Source of the DNA: Azolla caroliniana
Taxonomy: Eukaryota > Plantae > Polypodiophyta
Direction of reading: 5' to 3'
Assembly: GCA_043228905.1 (NCBI GenBank)
Contig: JBHGNT010000013.1
Location: 17,794,001-17,858,000, forward strand
Length of the DNA: 64,000 nt
The position numbers were made by a program, and so were the translations under genes. Position 1 is the stretch's first letter, and the number at the start of each line of letters is the position of its first letter. The notes beneath the pieces are model-generated. The model did not search any database. It saw only the letters and a list, made by a program, of their open reading frames with translations, and had not been told where the DNA came from. This document shows positions 22,731 through 35,000 of the stretch, piece by piece.

Positions 22731-24848
22731 CTGTAACAATACAGAAATTGACTCAATATAAACTTTACATATACAAAATCAATGCCTAAACAAACTATAC
22801 ACTAACACAATAAACTTAGCATGCCCAAATATATAAACCAGGTCTTAACTATAGCTTATACACCACCAGGGCAGAAGAATCACCATATAAATTGTGAAAA
22901 CAGGAAAGGATCCAGACCTTGACGCAGTGATATACCATATGACATGGATACACTATGTGGCTATTGGTATATACAACACCAGTGCAGATTCAGAATACAC
23001 AATATTCTCTGCATCCATAGAAAGTGTAACAATGAACAAATATAAACGGGGAAAGGGTTTACATTATAATCATGTGGATACAATCTGCATATTATACACC
23101 AGTAGTAATGGCGAAGAATACACGATGGGTATATAAATGGACAATGGAAGAAACAAACAAATTTATCATGTGATCATATGAAATCACAATGGCCATTATA
23201 TACTACTACTGCAGAATATGCATACACATAATCAAACAAATCTGTGAATAAATTGAGAACAAACTCTCTCATAGCTAACAAGTCAGAGATGACAAGTTTA
23301 CCATGTGAAACTTTATGGAATAGAACAAAACTTTCTGCATCAGCTTGCCTGTTTGAGTTCAGCACTATTAAGATGGCCTAAACAAAAAATAGGCCAAATA
23401 TCTAGTTATAGATTAGCTAAATACTAAAAAATCCTCAAGATCAGAAGTCCAATGCTGGTTTGTTGACAATTTACTATTATCCTCTCTAGCTGAATTATCT
23501 GCTATTAAGACAAAACAGAAGATCTGAGTGTACAATCTTAACCAGTTAAGACACCTTTCCAAATCAAAGCATGATGATGAGTTCATTTTCAAAAGTCTTT
23601 CTTTTGTATCATCATTCAACCATCAAACGATTTTTAGCTTTAAGGAAGATCTATTGATTCATGAGGCTTGATTGTATACTGCAAGGTCCAAATTTGCATT
23701 TCTTAAAATAATCAAGCTTTTCTACTGATTTTTTAGTCTAGCTCAATGTTAAATAGCTTACTTGTAAGCCATACTTGTATTATAAAGAGCCTTTTTCCTT
23801 TGATCTAATTCAAGTTATCATATCTGATCAGACAGCATTGCTTCATTAATCTTCAAGTTTCAATCTATGCTAGTGTTATAACTACGCAAATTCATGGTCT
23901 ATTTAACCAAAATTCTTCGTTAATCTTCAAAGCTTCATGATAGATTATTCAAGATCTGATTTTAGACTGCAATTTGTTAACATTCAAAGCCACTGCAAAG
24001 TCCTAGACAGAACATCTTTTCTTTACTAAATCACGATTCAATGTCTGGTTCGACTACATTTTCTTTGTTGATCTTCAATTCAAGCTAGGCAACTGTAGCA
24101 GAGCCCCGTTTCTCGATCTAATCTAAGACTCAAAACTGCGTTTCCTTATCAAGCTTCGAATCTACCATAATAGAAAATTCAATATTCCGTATAGGGGGGC
24201 TTGTTTCTTTATCTATTTCATTGACGCAGTTTGTTTCGAACCTGACCTAGGGTGAGTTATGGTGAAGAAAAAGAAGCTAGTTATTAGTATTTCCATCGTC
24301 AAGGTCCAAACTACTTATTTCGTACAGAGAAACGTTTCCTTTCTTTAACAGATACCTCTCTATCTCTGATCTATTACATCTATAAACGATTAAACGAAAA
24401 TGAAGGAAAATATAGAGACGAAAAATCAACGATGATAGAAAGAAAATGTGAAAATCAGTTTCTAATTTTTTTACCGTCAATGAATAATCCTCTCGGTAGA
24501 ATAGAACAGGAAATCTAGGTTACAATCTTCTTATGACTTTGATGTACAACGATATGAAGAAGGCTAGAAAGTTTAAACGAAAATAATCGGGATGTTAGAG
24601 GAAAAGGAAAACTAGAAATTTTCCAGAAATGCGTAATGAAAATTTGAAGACATCCTATTAAAGACTAGTTGAAGAAAAAACGAGGAAGCAAAATCAATGT
24701 GAAGTAACCGTAATCTGCTGCAGTCTTTTTCTGACAATCTTCTTTTTGACGTGAACTTTTATTCTTCCCCTGATACTTTTATTTAACGATGATAAGAAGA
24801 AATCCTACGGTGAAGATAGAAAAAAAGAAGGGAGTTTTTTGTTTTTAC

Positions 24849-25300
24849 CTTGCATCTGGATCAATATGACGGACAGACGCAGTGTAGTTACTGTCGCTCA
24901 AGATTTTCTCTGTATCTTCAAGGAGGCAAGAGAGAGGTTGATCAAGAACAGAAGGGAGGTTGCAGAGGTTGGAATCAGAAGCAAGGAAGCAGATAATGTG
25001 CTGAAGAGAGACTTTACCAACACAGAAACAGCAAGAAGATCCATGGAGTATGTGGCTATGGAAAGGGCTACGGCTAGGGTTAGGGTTAGGGTTAGGGTTA
25101 GGGTTAGGATTGGGGTTTTGGTGAGGAAGGATGCAGTCCCAGACAGCGATGATGGAGTGAGAAGGCTCTTCGTGAGAGCGGAGGAGGGAGAGTGCATGGA
25201 GGAGAGAGGAAGAGGAAGAGAGACAGAGGAGAGGGGGCTTACCAATGGTGAGGTCGGAGACGACGTGGGAGGACAGGAACTGGACGATAGCCATAGCCAT
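24849..25300 (-). CDS. CBS-domain protein (CBSX5-like), exon 1
   Basis: MAMAIVQFLSSHVVSDLTIGKPPL..CVGKVSL..IICFLA matches the plant CBSX5 N-terminus; donor AG|GTAAAA at 24848; phase joins exon 2 to give 474 aa. Confidence 0.9.
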
Positions 25301-25328
25301 AGCCAGAGCCAGAGATATCTTCAGAAAC

Positions 25329-25330
<2 letters not shown>

Positions 25331-25371
<41 letters not shown>

Positions 25372-25675
25372 TGTGTGTGAGGGTGTGTGTGAAGACAATA
25401 CTTAAGAGAGAGAGAGAGAGAGAGAGACTGTCTGTGTGTGTGAGGGGTGTGTGTGAAGATAACACTTAAGAGAGAGAGAGAGAAAGAGAGACTGTCTGTG
25501 TGTCTGAGGGGTGTGTGTAAAGACAACACTTAAGAGAGAGAGAGAGAGAGAATGTGTGTGGGTGTGTGTGTGTGAAGACAACACTTAAGAGAGAGAGAGA
25601 GAGAGAGAGAGAGAATGTGTGTGGGTGTGTGTGTGTGAAGACAACACTTAAGAGAGAGAGAGAGAGAGAGAGAGA
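25331..25675. repeat. Compound minisatellite of (GA)n/(GT)n blocks with a conserved GAAGACAACACTTAAG core, five copies
   Basis: Cores at 25391, 25455, 25519, 25574 and 25637, period 55-64 bp, directly upstream of the CBS ATG. Confidence 0.9.
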
Positions 25676-26085
25676 ATGCCCAGATGGATGTAGCTCAGTT
25701 GCTAAGGTTGCCCAATGGAGACCAGGTGGTTATGGGTTCAACCCCTACATTCCACAGTGGCATCTAGTGAATTAAGAGATATATAAGAAGTATATAATAG
25801 AGAGGTGAGGAAGTTGGGTTTCAAACCCAAAATGCAGTGCTTGTAGTGTTAACAACTTACCACTAGGGTAAGGTAATTACAATAATAATAAAAAGAGAAT
25901 GCCCAAATGGATGTAGCTCAGTTGCTAAGGTTGCCCAATGTAGACCAGGTAGTCATGGGTTCAACCCCCCCTACATTCATTCCACAGTGGCGGCATCATC
26001 TAGTGAATTAAGAGATATCTCGATGAAGTATCTAATAGAGAGGTGAGTAAAATTGGTTTAGAGCCCAAGCCATAAGTGACTTGTG
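25671..26085. mobile_element. Tandem pair of tRNA-derived SINE-like units
   Basis: GGATGTAGCTCAGTTG (A box) ... GGTTCAACCCC (B box) at 25686-25753 and again from 25909; about 220-bp unit duplicated; a second A/B-box-like head on the minus strand at about 25804-25875. Confidence 0.55.
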
Positions 26086-29000
26086 TGTGTGTAGTTATTG
26101 ACAATTGTTGTGGTAATTGAGAAGAAAGGCTTATCCAATGTTTTGGTTGCCTCCCGGCGGAGCTTACAAGACTTCCTTATGTTTGTACCAAGGTCTCGTT
26201 TCACATTCAAACACCTCCGGACTTCCTTACGACATCAAACACGCAGAGTGTTTGGCTTGCTCCTTGAAGAAGAAGAAATCTCAGCGGATTTTGTGTTATG
26301 ATGCTCGAGGCACTCTATGAAACGGAGGAGGAAGAGGATGTTTTGTCTAGATGTGTTAAGATGATCCAGATTCTATGAAGAAGATGATATGGAGGACAGT
26401 GTTGAAGAATAAAATTTTGGTTCATGTCTGATAATAGCGAGATTTTGTGCAATGAAGAAACTTTGGTTGTTTTGAGACTCTTATGGCAAACCGTCATTTA
26501 ACTAGAAAATCTAGATTTTGTTTGGACGCTTAGGACTGCCTCAAGAAGAAAGTTTGGCTTCGTTTGGAAATGCTTTCAACATTGTAAGGAGAACCTTTTG
26601 AATTGTATTAAGGTGATATGGATTATATGCCGATGAAACTTTGGATTGTATCAAGACACTTGAGATTATATTAAGAAGAGGGTTGAGCTAATTGAGTTCA
26701 CATCTTGTGCATAGAGGCTTAACTTACATTTTTATGTAGCCACGAGGAGAGAAGGGGTGGGGTGCGAGGGTGGCTATGTCAAGCCTATACATCTTGTTAA
26801 TACGCATGATTATTGCCTACCAACATTTTGTACTAGTAACCACTCAGACTACCATTCAACACATTTGGATTGCCTTTTAGTTCTTCATCGAGCAATGTTT
26901 ATTTACTAAGAATTTTTCTCATGGGCCAAATTTGGTCTTAGAAAACGTCAATATATCTTTTCTTCTTTCTCTACTTCCCCAAATGCCAAATTTAGCACAT
27001 TTTATTCATGTGCCAACGTTTGGATACTACCTACTTTTTAACTCAATTCGACTTTCTAGTGCTCTTTATCTTGGGCCATGGTGACATCATTGCACATGTA
27101 CCCTCCTCTTGACTCTCCCGTGATGTGGGTGTTGTACCGCTCACAACTTGGAGAGCAATATGTACATATTTATTATCTTATTATCTTAGAAGTTAGGAGT
27201 AAACAATATCAGAGTCTCGAGAAATGATTACGGATCGTATAACAAAGTTTCAGCACTACTTTGGGCGAATTTTTGTCTTTTTCATGCATCACTTTATAGG
27301 AATTTATGAGAAAAAAACAACCTTTATCGGTGCATTAATAGGAATTGTCAGTGTTTTAAAAAACAAACGCATACACTTCCAAGACTCCAATGATGTGTTC
27401 CCTTTCATACATATACATAATTTTATGTTTGCAATCCAACTACAGGACGATGTCCCATCTAACTCATATAAATAATAAGCCCACATTAAGTTGTGGTTTT
27501 CTCTACCTTGGTAAGCCCAATCCGATATGAGGTTTTGTCCACCTCCACGATGCCCACGATAGGTCGAGGTTAAGCACAATCAATATGTTACACTTTTAGT
27601 GTCTCTTTTGTGGCATTGGCACATATTGTACAAAATAAAGCCTTATGTAATAATGCAAAAATAATTTGTGGCTTACGAAGACCTTTCGTGAAAATCCCCT
27701 GCCTTTATGGCAATGGCCATTTTGTAAAGAATATAAAAAGTAAATTTGTGACCCTAAAAAACAAAAAACAAATGCCTTTTTTCCTCTTTACTTGAGCTTG
27801 AGTCTATCTTTGAAGGTAATTCTTGGCTCCTACTTAAGATTAATGTTTATTTGATTAAAGATTAATTACTTCTATGAGCTTTAAGTATTAGTTATATAAT
27901 CTTGTAGTTAACATAGAAACTTCCTTCACCACTTAAATGCTTTACAAATTTGTAGGTGGATTCACTTGGATTAATCCTTGCAACCAAATTTAAAAGGGAG
28001 CTTGATTACCTTCTCTACCCATCTAGCCAAAATAGGGCAAGTTGTTGTTTGAACTTAATGGAAGTCATTCACTAAGAAGTAAAAATCCAAATTGAGAAAG
28101 GCTTCCCATAAGTATTCATGGCTAGGAGCACTAGATAAAAAACAAAGACAAATAAAAAATGGTAAGAAAGAAAAGAAATTGTATTCTTGGCATTTCATAT
28201 ATTAACATTAAACTATGCATGCTTAAGACTCACTCCCCCATGATGGGTGAACTATTTGTTGTTTGACATCCATGAAAAATCTAAAACTTTCCGAAAGTTG
28301 AATAGAAGGACATCACTATGTTGAGGACTGGAGACCTTTCCAAAACAATAAAAAGTACGAAAATAGAGTTGATTTAACGATCCAAACACAAAAAGCAAAC
28401 AGAATAATTCCCTTAAAACATTCACATGCGCATGCCAATATGTTGACTTAAATGTGCTCATATTGAAGACTTGGCACCTCTGTGTGTGTGATTTGCTCAT
28501 AAAAAAGGTTCAAGAAGCCCAAACCTAAATGCACAATCATGATGAGAAAAGGAATGAATCCTTGGATGGGCATTTTCAACCTGTGACCTAGGCCAAAGTG
28601 TCTCTAACAAGAGAGGCAACAATGGAATAGGGTACAATTAAGATGAGTTGGACACCTTCCAAGTTTGAATTGGGTAGATAAAGTGACTAGAAGAACAAAT
28701 AGGTTACAAATTCCTTATAAATCTACCCAAGCCATCATGACCTAGAAATAGATCTTGATCCAAAATTCCACTCCCCTAATAATGACCTCTCCTCCTTAGT
28801 TTTAGGGCCTTTGGAGCTGTTCATGCAAAATAAAAATAGTAACGGTTGTTTTAGCATGCACTCTGCCTTTTTATTGTTTTTTCACCTTGCATGCACTCCT
28901 TAAACTTGAGCGTTTGGTGTGACAAAATTCCAATACCCATATCCATTATTCTTGTTCATCTCATTGACGTTCACTTGACCTTTTATAGTTCAAACAAGTC

Positions 29001-29464
29001 TCAAACCACAATGAGTATAAACTCATAACAATTCAGATATGTCTTTTCATTCTTGTCTTTAGGTTCTTCTTAAGTCAATGCTTCCCCATACCTTCAATCT
29101 CCTATATGTAATTAATTTTAACCCATTTCCTCATGTGCACTCCTCACTTTACGACAAACATGCAAACATAGTTCTACTTTATTATATATATTTCCTTGTG
29201 TCGATTACGCCACTTATATGCTAGATCGTAACTTATAAGAGAACAACGATCACATGTCACAATTTGTCAAAAAGCAAAAGCATTTATTCCATTTGTATCA
29301 CGAAAAGGTGTTATTTTATGTGTGAGATTCTTTCAACACCCTTCTCTTTCGATGGATTTCTCCTCTCACACCAAGATTGTCATTTGGGAAGTTGTAGTTT
29401 GCAAATGTATCCTATTGTCAGAGATACAAGAAGGGACATGTGTCAATCATTCCTTAACCATTGG

Positions 29465-29792
29465 TAGGAGTCAACAATGGCTTGGCTCAAGCATTAACAG
29501 AGTCTTTAAACCATTTTTAATTGTATGGTGGTTTGGCGGTTCGGTTCATGCTTGCACTTCCTTAACCAGTTTGGGCTTGGTTTGGGATCGCTCAAGCCAA
29601 ATCGAATTGTTTTGGGCTAAATTGGTTCCCAAACCAGTTAAGTCTACTTGGTTTGTCTAAAATGGTTCCTAAACAGATTCACGAGCCGGTTTGTTTCAAG
29701 TTTGAAAACTCCCAAAGGAGTTAAGGCTTAACTAGTTTGGTTTGGACAAGGCCAAACTGGTTAAGCCAAAATTGAATTGTTGCCAAATCTTA
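29465..29792. mobile_element. Degenerate hAT-type MITE
   Basis: TA..CAACAAT / ATTGTTG..TA imperfect TIRs, many GGTT(C/T)/AACC subterminal motifs; candidate 8-bp TSD ACCATTGG/GCCACTAG differs only by transitions. Confidence 0.5.
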
Positions 29793-31299
29793 GCCACTAG
29801 TGGGACGTTAATTATCATCAATGAACTCTTCGTTAATCTTACTCTACATCTCTCAGGAAAGACTGCACTTAGAATGAAATGAAGTTATCCAATAGACTTA
29901 ACTACACACTCAAGAGACTAAACGTAAAGAAATCACAAAGGGTTGAACATCATGATTCAGTTAGTTATGATCCATTCTTATACAAGTGCATAAGCATTTG
30001 AGTAGAAGACTTAAGACATAAAACAAGATCATTTGGGCGATATTACATATTAATAAGAGAAATAGAAATAAGAGCTCTAGCCAGACTGATTAAAAAGTGA
30101 GCAAGAGGAAGTGTAAAAAGGCATAAAAGTGAATTTTGTATTTTTACACAATAGCTTAGACATGTCCACACTAGGATAGCCCCAATACATTATATTATGG
30201 GTTTTTATCTCTTGTCCTCATTTATTTACATGTAGGCTTGTCACTTGTACACAAATGCTAACCTAAAAGTTGTTGGAAGTGGACAACAAAAATTAATGTG
30301 TGGGCATTCTATGTCACAAAACAATGCATGTATAGAAGTGCACTAAACAACCAACACTAACAGTTATGTACACGTAACGTAGGTGAGGGTAGGTCACTAA
30401 TATTTACATAAGTGAAGGGTGTGTTCACTAATGTTAAAAAGGGGACTAATGTGATTGGATAGAAGGAATGATAGGTGCATGCACTATCATGATTTGGACA
30501 ACCAATGAATGGAGAGCCTTTTAGAAAGGCGCATCTATTCAAGGGGCCTAGTAAAAGGTATAAATATGAGGCTTAACTACCCTCATAAGCACATTATGTC
30601 GGAAGGTTGTTGTTTTAGACACCGGTGGTGTGGGCTAGGCTTTCGTCTCGACGATCATGTTTATCTCTTCCAAGGTATTAGTCATCCTAAAATCCAACGG
30701 TATGGGACGTTTGTGGTAGGTGTTGAATGCGGGTCTCTAATGGACGTATTCACACTGTCTCCTTTTGTACACACTAGGTCTAGGCTATTTATGTAAATAG
30801 TGAAGGGCAGTTGCCCTAAGTTAGTTAGTATATAAACTGACTTTGTAACCTAGTTTTGTTGGTTGATATAATTTAGTTCATCTTGTGCTCAAGGTCTCTC
30901 TCTCTCTCTCTTGCGTTCTAAGTGGATCATTGTTTTATGTCTCTGTTGCCATCAATCTACCTTTATTGTATCTGCTTATTGATCTTCCATAAAAATGGTG
31001 TTGATTTGTTCCGCACTAGACGGTCGCGTCTCCAACATCTACTATTAGAGCTTGAGGCTCTTTCGATTCTGATGTTGCCGTCTATCTAGTTTCTATCAAC
31101 AACTCTTCTTCTGTACACCGTCAATATCGTTTTTGTGAAGAGAAATGCCAACAAAATATGCACTCCACTATTCTAGATCACCATTGAAGTGAGCCAATTG
31201 GTTGCACTTCACTCTTGTGAATGTAGCCGCTTGGAGTTGTTGGGATTACGGTCCCTCCGGATGGGATGTCCGGAGATGAATGACGGCAAGCCCGGTTGC

Positions 31300-31517
31300 G
31301 GTTACGGAACCGGATGATGAAGACCCCGGTTACGGAGCCGGATGATGAAGACCCCGGTTACGGAGCCGGATGATGAAGACCCCGATTACGGAACCGGATG
31401 ATGAAGACCCCGGTTACGGAGCCGGATGATGAAGACCCCGGTTACGGAGCCGGATGATGAAGACCCCGGTTACGGAGCCGGATGATGAAGACCCCGGTTA
31501 CGGAACCGGATGATGAA
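31300..31517 (+). repeat. 28-bp tandem array in the U3 of the copia 5' LTR
   Basis: GGTTACGGA(A/G)CCGGATGATGAAGACCCC, about 8 copies. Confidence 0.95.
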
Positions 31518-31996
31518 TGTACCCGGAGAGAGATCCGGATGCGGAGACATATTTGTGAATATGTTTGCCAAGAGCCCTTGAGGCTATATTTGTAAATAGC
31601 CCGAAAGTCATATGTGTATAAATATGACTTAGGGCAAACAGTTTTATGTGGTTGTTGCTCATTGTCTGTTTTTCCACTTAGAGGGAGCGAAGTGAGAGCA
31701 GCCGAGAGAGAGAGAGAGAGAAACGAAGAGGTCGACGCCTCTGTGTAATACCGCCGCCTGTGGCGAGGACAGCGAGCTCAAGGTCGTCGCCTTGCAGCTC
31801 GCCATTGTATATTCCAGTGTATAGTGGTAGTTGGAGTCGTGCACTCCCGTGGTTTTTCCCGTTTAGGGTTTTCCACGTTATACCCTGTGTATTCATCTCT
31901 CTGTGTCTCTGTTTTCATTTTTCTGCTGCATTGATCCGTGTTGTCTCGGTTGTGGCCGAGAGGCGAAAGATTTGATAGCGTCAAAGCTTTACAAAG

Positions 31997-32008
31997 TGGT
32001 ATCAGAGC
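31997..32008 (+). promoter_or_regulatory. PBS (initiator tRNA-Met)
   Basis: TGGTATCAGAGC 3 nt after the 5' LTR. Confidence 0.95.
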
Positions 32009-32022
32009 GACTGTTGCAGAAA

Positions 32023-35000
32023 ATGGAAGGCGGCGGCAGCGGGCAGCCGATGATGATGGTGCTGAATGCACAGAATTACGCCGACTGGAAGATCAAGATG
32101 GAGGATCTTCTGATTGTTCGGGACCTGTACGAACCGATTGACAGGTCGGAAATACCGAAAGGGGTACTTGAGTCGGAGTGGAAGCTCCTGAACCGGAAAG
32201 CCGTAGCGACGATCCGACAATACGTCGATGTAAGCGTCCTACAACATGTGGCGAACGACACCAACGCATACGAGATGTGGAAGAAGCTGTCGGGCCTCTA
32301 TGAGAGGAAGAATGCGTTGAACCGGACCTCCCTGATGAGGAAGATTGTGAATCTCAAGTACCGGGACGGCGAGAGTATGGTGGAACACGTAAGCACGTTC
32401 ATGGGATTCGTGAACCAGCTTGCGGCGATCAAGTTCCCGTTGGAGGATGCAATGCAAGCCATCATCCTGATGTGTACATTGCCGGACAGCTGGGAGAACT
32501 TGGTGGTGACTCTCAGCACCTCCTGCACGGAAGACAACTTGTCCCTACAAACGGTAAAGACAAGTATTCTAAATGAAGAAGCGCGTCGGAGAGATAAAGA
32601 ACCGGCCTCCGACTCGAAGGCGCTGCTTACCGAATCGGAACGGGGAAGACACTGGAACCGGAGTCCGCAAAGACGGGAGAAGTCGGGGACCCGGTCGCAG
32701 TCAAGAGGAAGACCCATTTGCTTCCACTGTGGGAAGCCGGGGCACTTCCGGAAAAATTGTCGGCATTACCGAAAGGACAACGGAGCCGACGACACCGATT
32801 CGAAGAAATCACCGGAGAGAAACGGTGCATACCGGGGAGCCACGGACCGGAGAGGTCCGGATCGGCGAGGGCAGGACCGGAAAGGAACGACGGCACTCGC
32901 GGCAAGTGAAGAAGAGATAATGCTCATTACCGAAGAGAGGGAGCTGAACCTTGCCGGCGTAGAGATGACCTGGGTGGTCGATTCCGGAGCGTCGTTCCAC
33001 CTGACCCCGGAGAAGAAATACTTCTCATCCTACACAGCCGGTGAGCACGGCTGTGTCCGGATGGGAAATGAAGGTACGTGCCGGATAGCCGGCATAGGAG
33101 ACGTGTGGCTGATGACATCAACCGGATGCAAGATGCTGTTGAAGGATGTGCGACACGTTCCGGAGGTCCGATTGAACCTGATCTCGGCCGGGAGGCTAGA
33201 TGATGAAGGCTACACGGGTAGCATCCGGAACGGCGTAATGAAGTTCAGCAAGGGGAGCCTGATAGTGGCTCGGGCCCGGAAGGTCAACACTCTGTACCTG
33301 ATGAATGCCCGGTTATGTCCGGAAGAGCTGAATGTAGCAGCCGACACTGCCGGTGAGCTGTGGCACAAAAGACTGTGCCACATGAGTGAGAAGGGGATGA
33401 AGAGGCTTGCAGAAGACAACCTTATTCCAGTGAAGCATGTGCACCTGGAGAAGTGCACCGACTGCCTGGCCGGTAAGCAAAACCGGACCTCCTTCCACTC
33501 AAGGCCACCGACGAGACGTAGCGCACCCTTGGAGCTGGTGCACACTGATGTGTGTCAGGTAGAAACGAAGTCACATGGCGGAGCCCAGTACTTCGTGACA
33601 TTCATTGATGATCACAGCCGGAAGCTGTGGACGGCACCGTTGAAGACAAAGGACCAAGTATTGTCCGTCTTCAAAGAACTCCACGCGAGAGTGGAAAGGG
33701 AATCCGGCAAGAAGCTGAAAGCGATACGAGCGGATAACGGAGGGGAATACCGGGGGCAGTTCCAGGAGTACTGCCGCTCGAAGGGAATCCGGCTCGAGTT
33801 TACTGTGCCGAAGACGCCGGAACTGAACGGGCTGGCCGAGAGGATGAATCGGACCATAATGGAGAGGGTCCGGAGTATGCTAGCGCATGCGAAACTACCC
33901 AAGGGATTTTGGGCTGAGGCAATGTCGACGGCGACGTATGTGATAAATAGATCACCCTCAGTACCTTTGGACGGAGACACGCCGCAGAAAGTGTGGACCG
34001 GTAAGGAAGTGTCCTACCGGCATCTGAAGGTGTTCGGGTGTCTCACATACGTGCATGTGGCAAAGGACCGGAGAGGAAAGTTAGATCCAAAGACCCGGCC
34101 ATGCATATTCCTCGGTTACGGCGACGACGAGTTCGGCTACCGAGTATGGGACCCGGTCGACAAGAAGATATTCAGGAGTCGAGATATCATTTTCATGGAG
34201 GACAAGACGCTCGCCGACTGGGAGTCGGAGAAGAAGATGAAGAGCTCCAAGTCGACCGGTGAGGATAAACTCTACGAGGAGCAGTCCCGACCGGCAAGGG
34301 ACCGGTTAACACTCGAAGACCCGGCCGAAGACGGTGAAGAAACAGAACCGGCTGAAGAAGATGAAAATGATACCGGAACCGGCCCCGATCCCGAAATGGA
34401 TTCGGATGAAGAAGAAGAATCGGAAGAACCGGTTACCGAAGCTCCCGAACGGAGATATCCTCTAAGAGAGAGAAGGGCCCCCCGGAGATTTCCGGAACCA
34501 GAGCACGTGCTGCTAACCGACGAGGGGGAGCCGGAGAGCTTTGAAGAAGCAAAGCACGACACCCAGAGCCGCAGGTGGTTAAGTGCCATGCAGGAGGAGA
34601 TGGATTCCCTGCATGAGAACCACACATATGAACTTGTGGAGTTGCCGAAAGGAAAGCGGGCACTTCGAAACAAGTGGGTGTTCAAGCTGAAACCGGGAGA
34701 TGCCGGAAACCCCCAGAGATACAAAGCCAGGATCGTGGTGAAGGGGTTCCAGCAGAAGAAGGGCGTCGACTTCGACGAGATATTTGCCCCGGTAGTGAAG
34801 ATGACCTCCATCCGGACGGTGCTGAGCATAGCGGCAAGCATGGACCTCGAGGTAGAACAGATGGACGTGAAGACGGCATTCCTTCACGGTGACCTCGAAG
34901 AAGAGATCTACATGCAGCAACCGGAAGGATTCGAGAAGAAAGGGAAGGAGCACTTGGTATGCCGGTTGAAGAAGAGCCTTTACGGACTGAAGCAGGCTCC

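Noticed and set aside
25331-25675. Repeat-spacer pattern resembling a CRISPR array
   Set aside because: Spacers are only (GA)n/(GT)n microsatellite, not unique sequence.
25686-25753. Functional tRNA gene
   Set aside because: A and B boxes are present but the D and anticodon arms do not fold convincingly and the unit is duplicated with indels; treated as SINE-like.
31300-31517. CRISPR-like regular 28-bp repeats
   Set aside because: Head-to-tail units with no unique spacers, inside LTRs of a eukaryotic retrotransposon; no cas genes.
31903-32022. N-terminal 40 aa of the 1398-aa ORF call
   Set aside because: Starts at a non-ATG codon inside the LTR and crosses the PBS; the real start is most likely ATG 32023.
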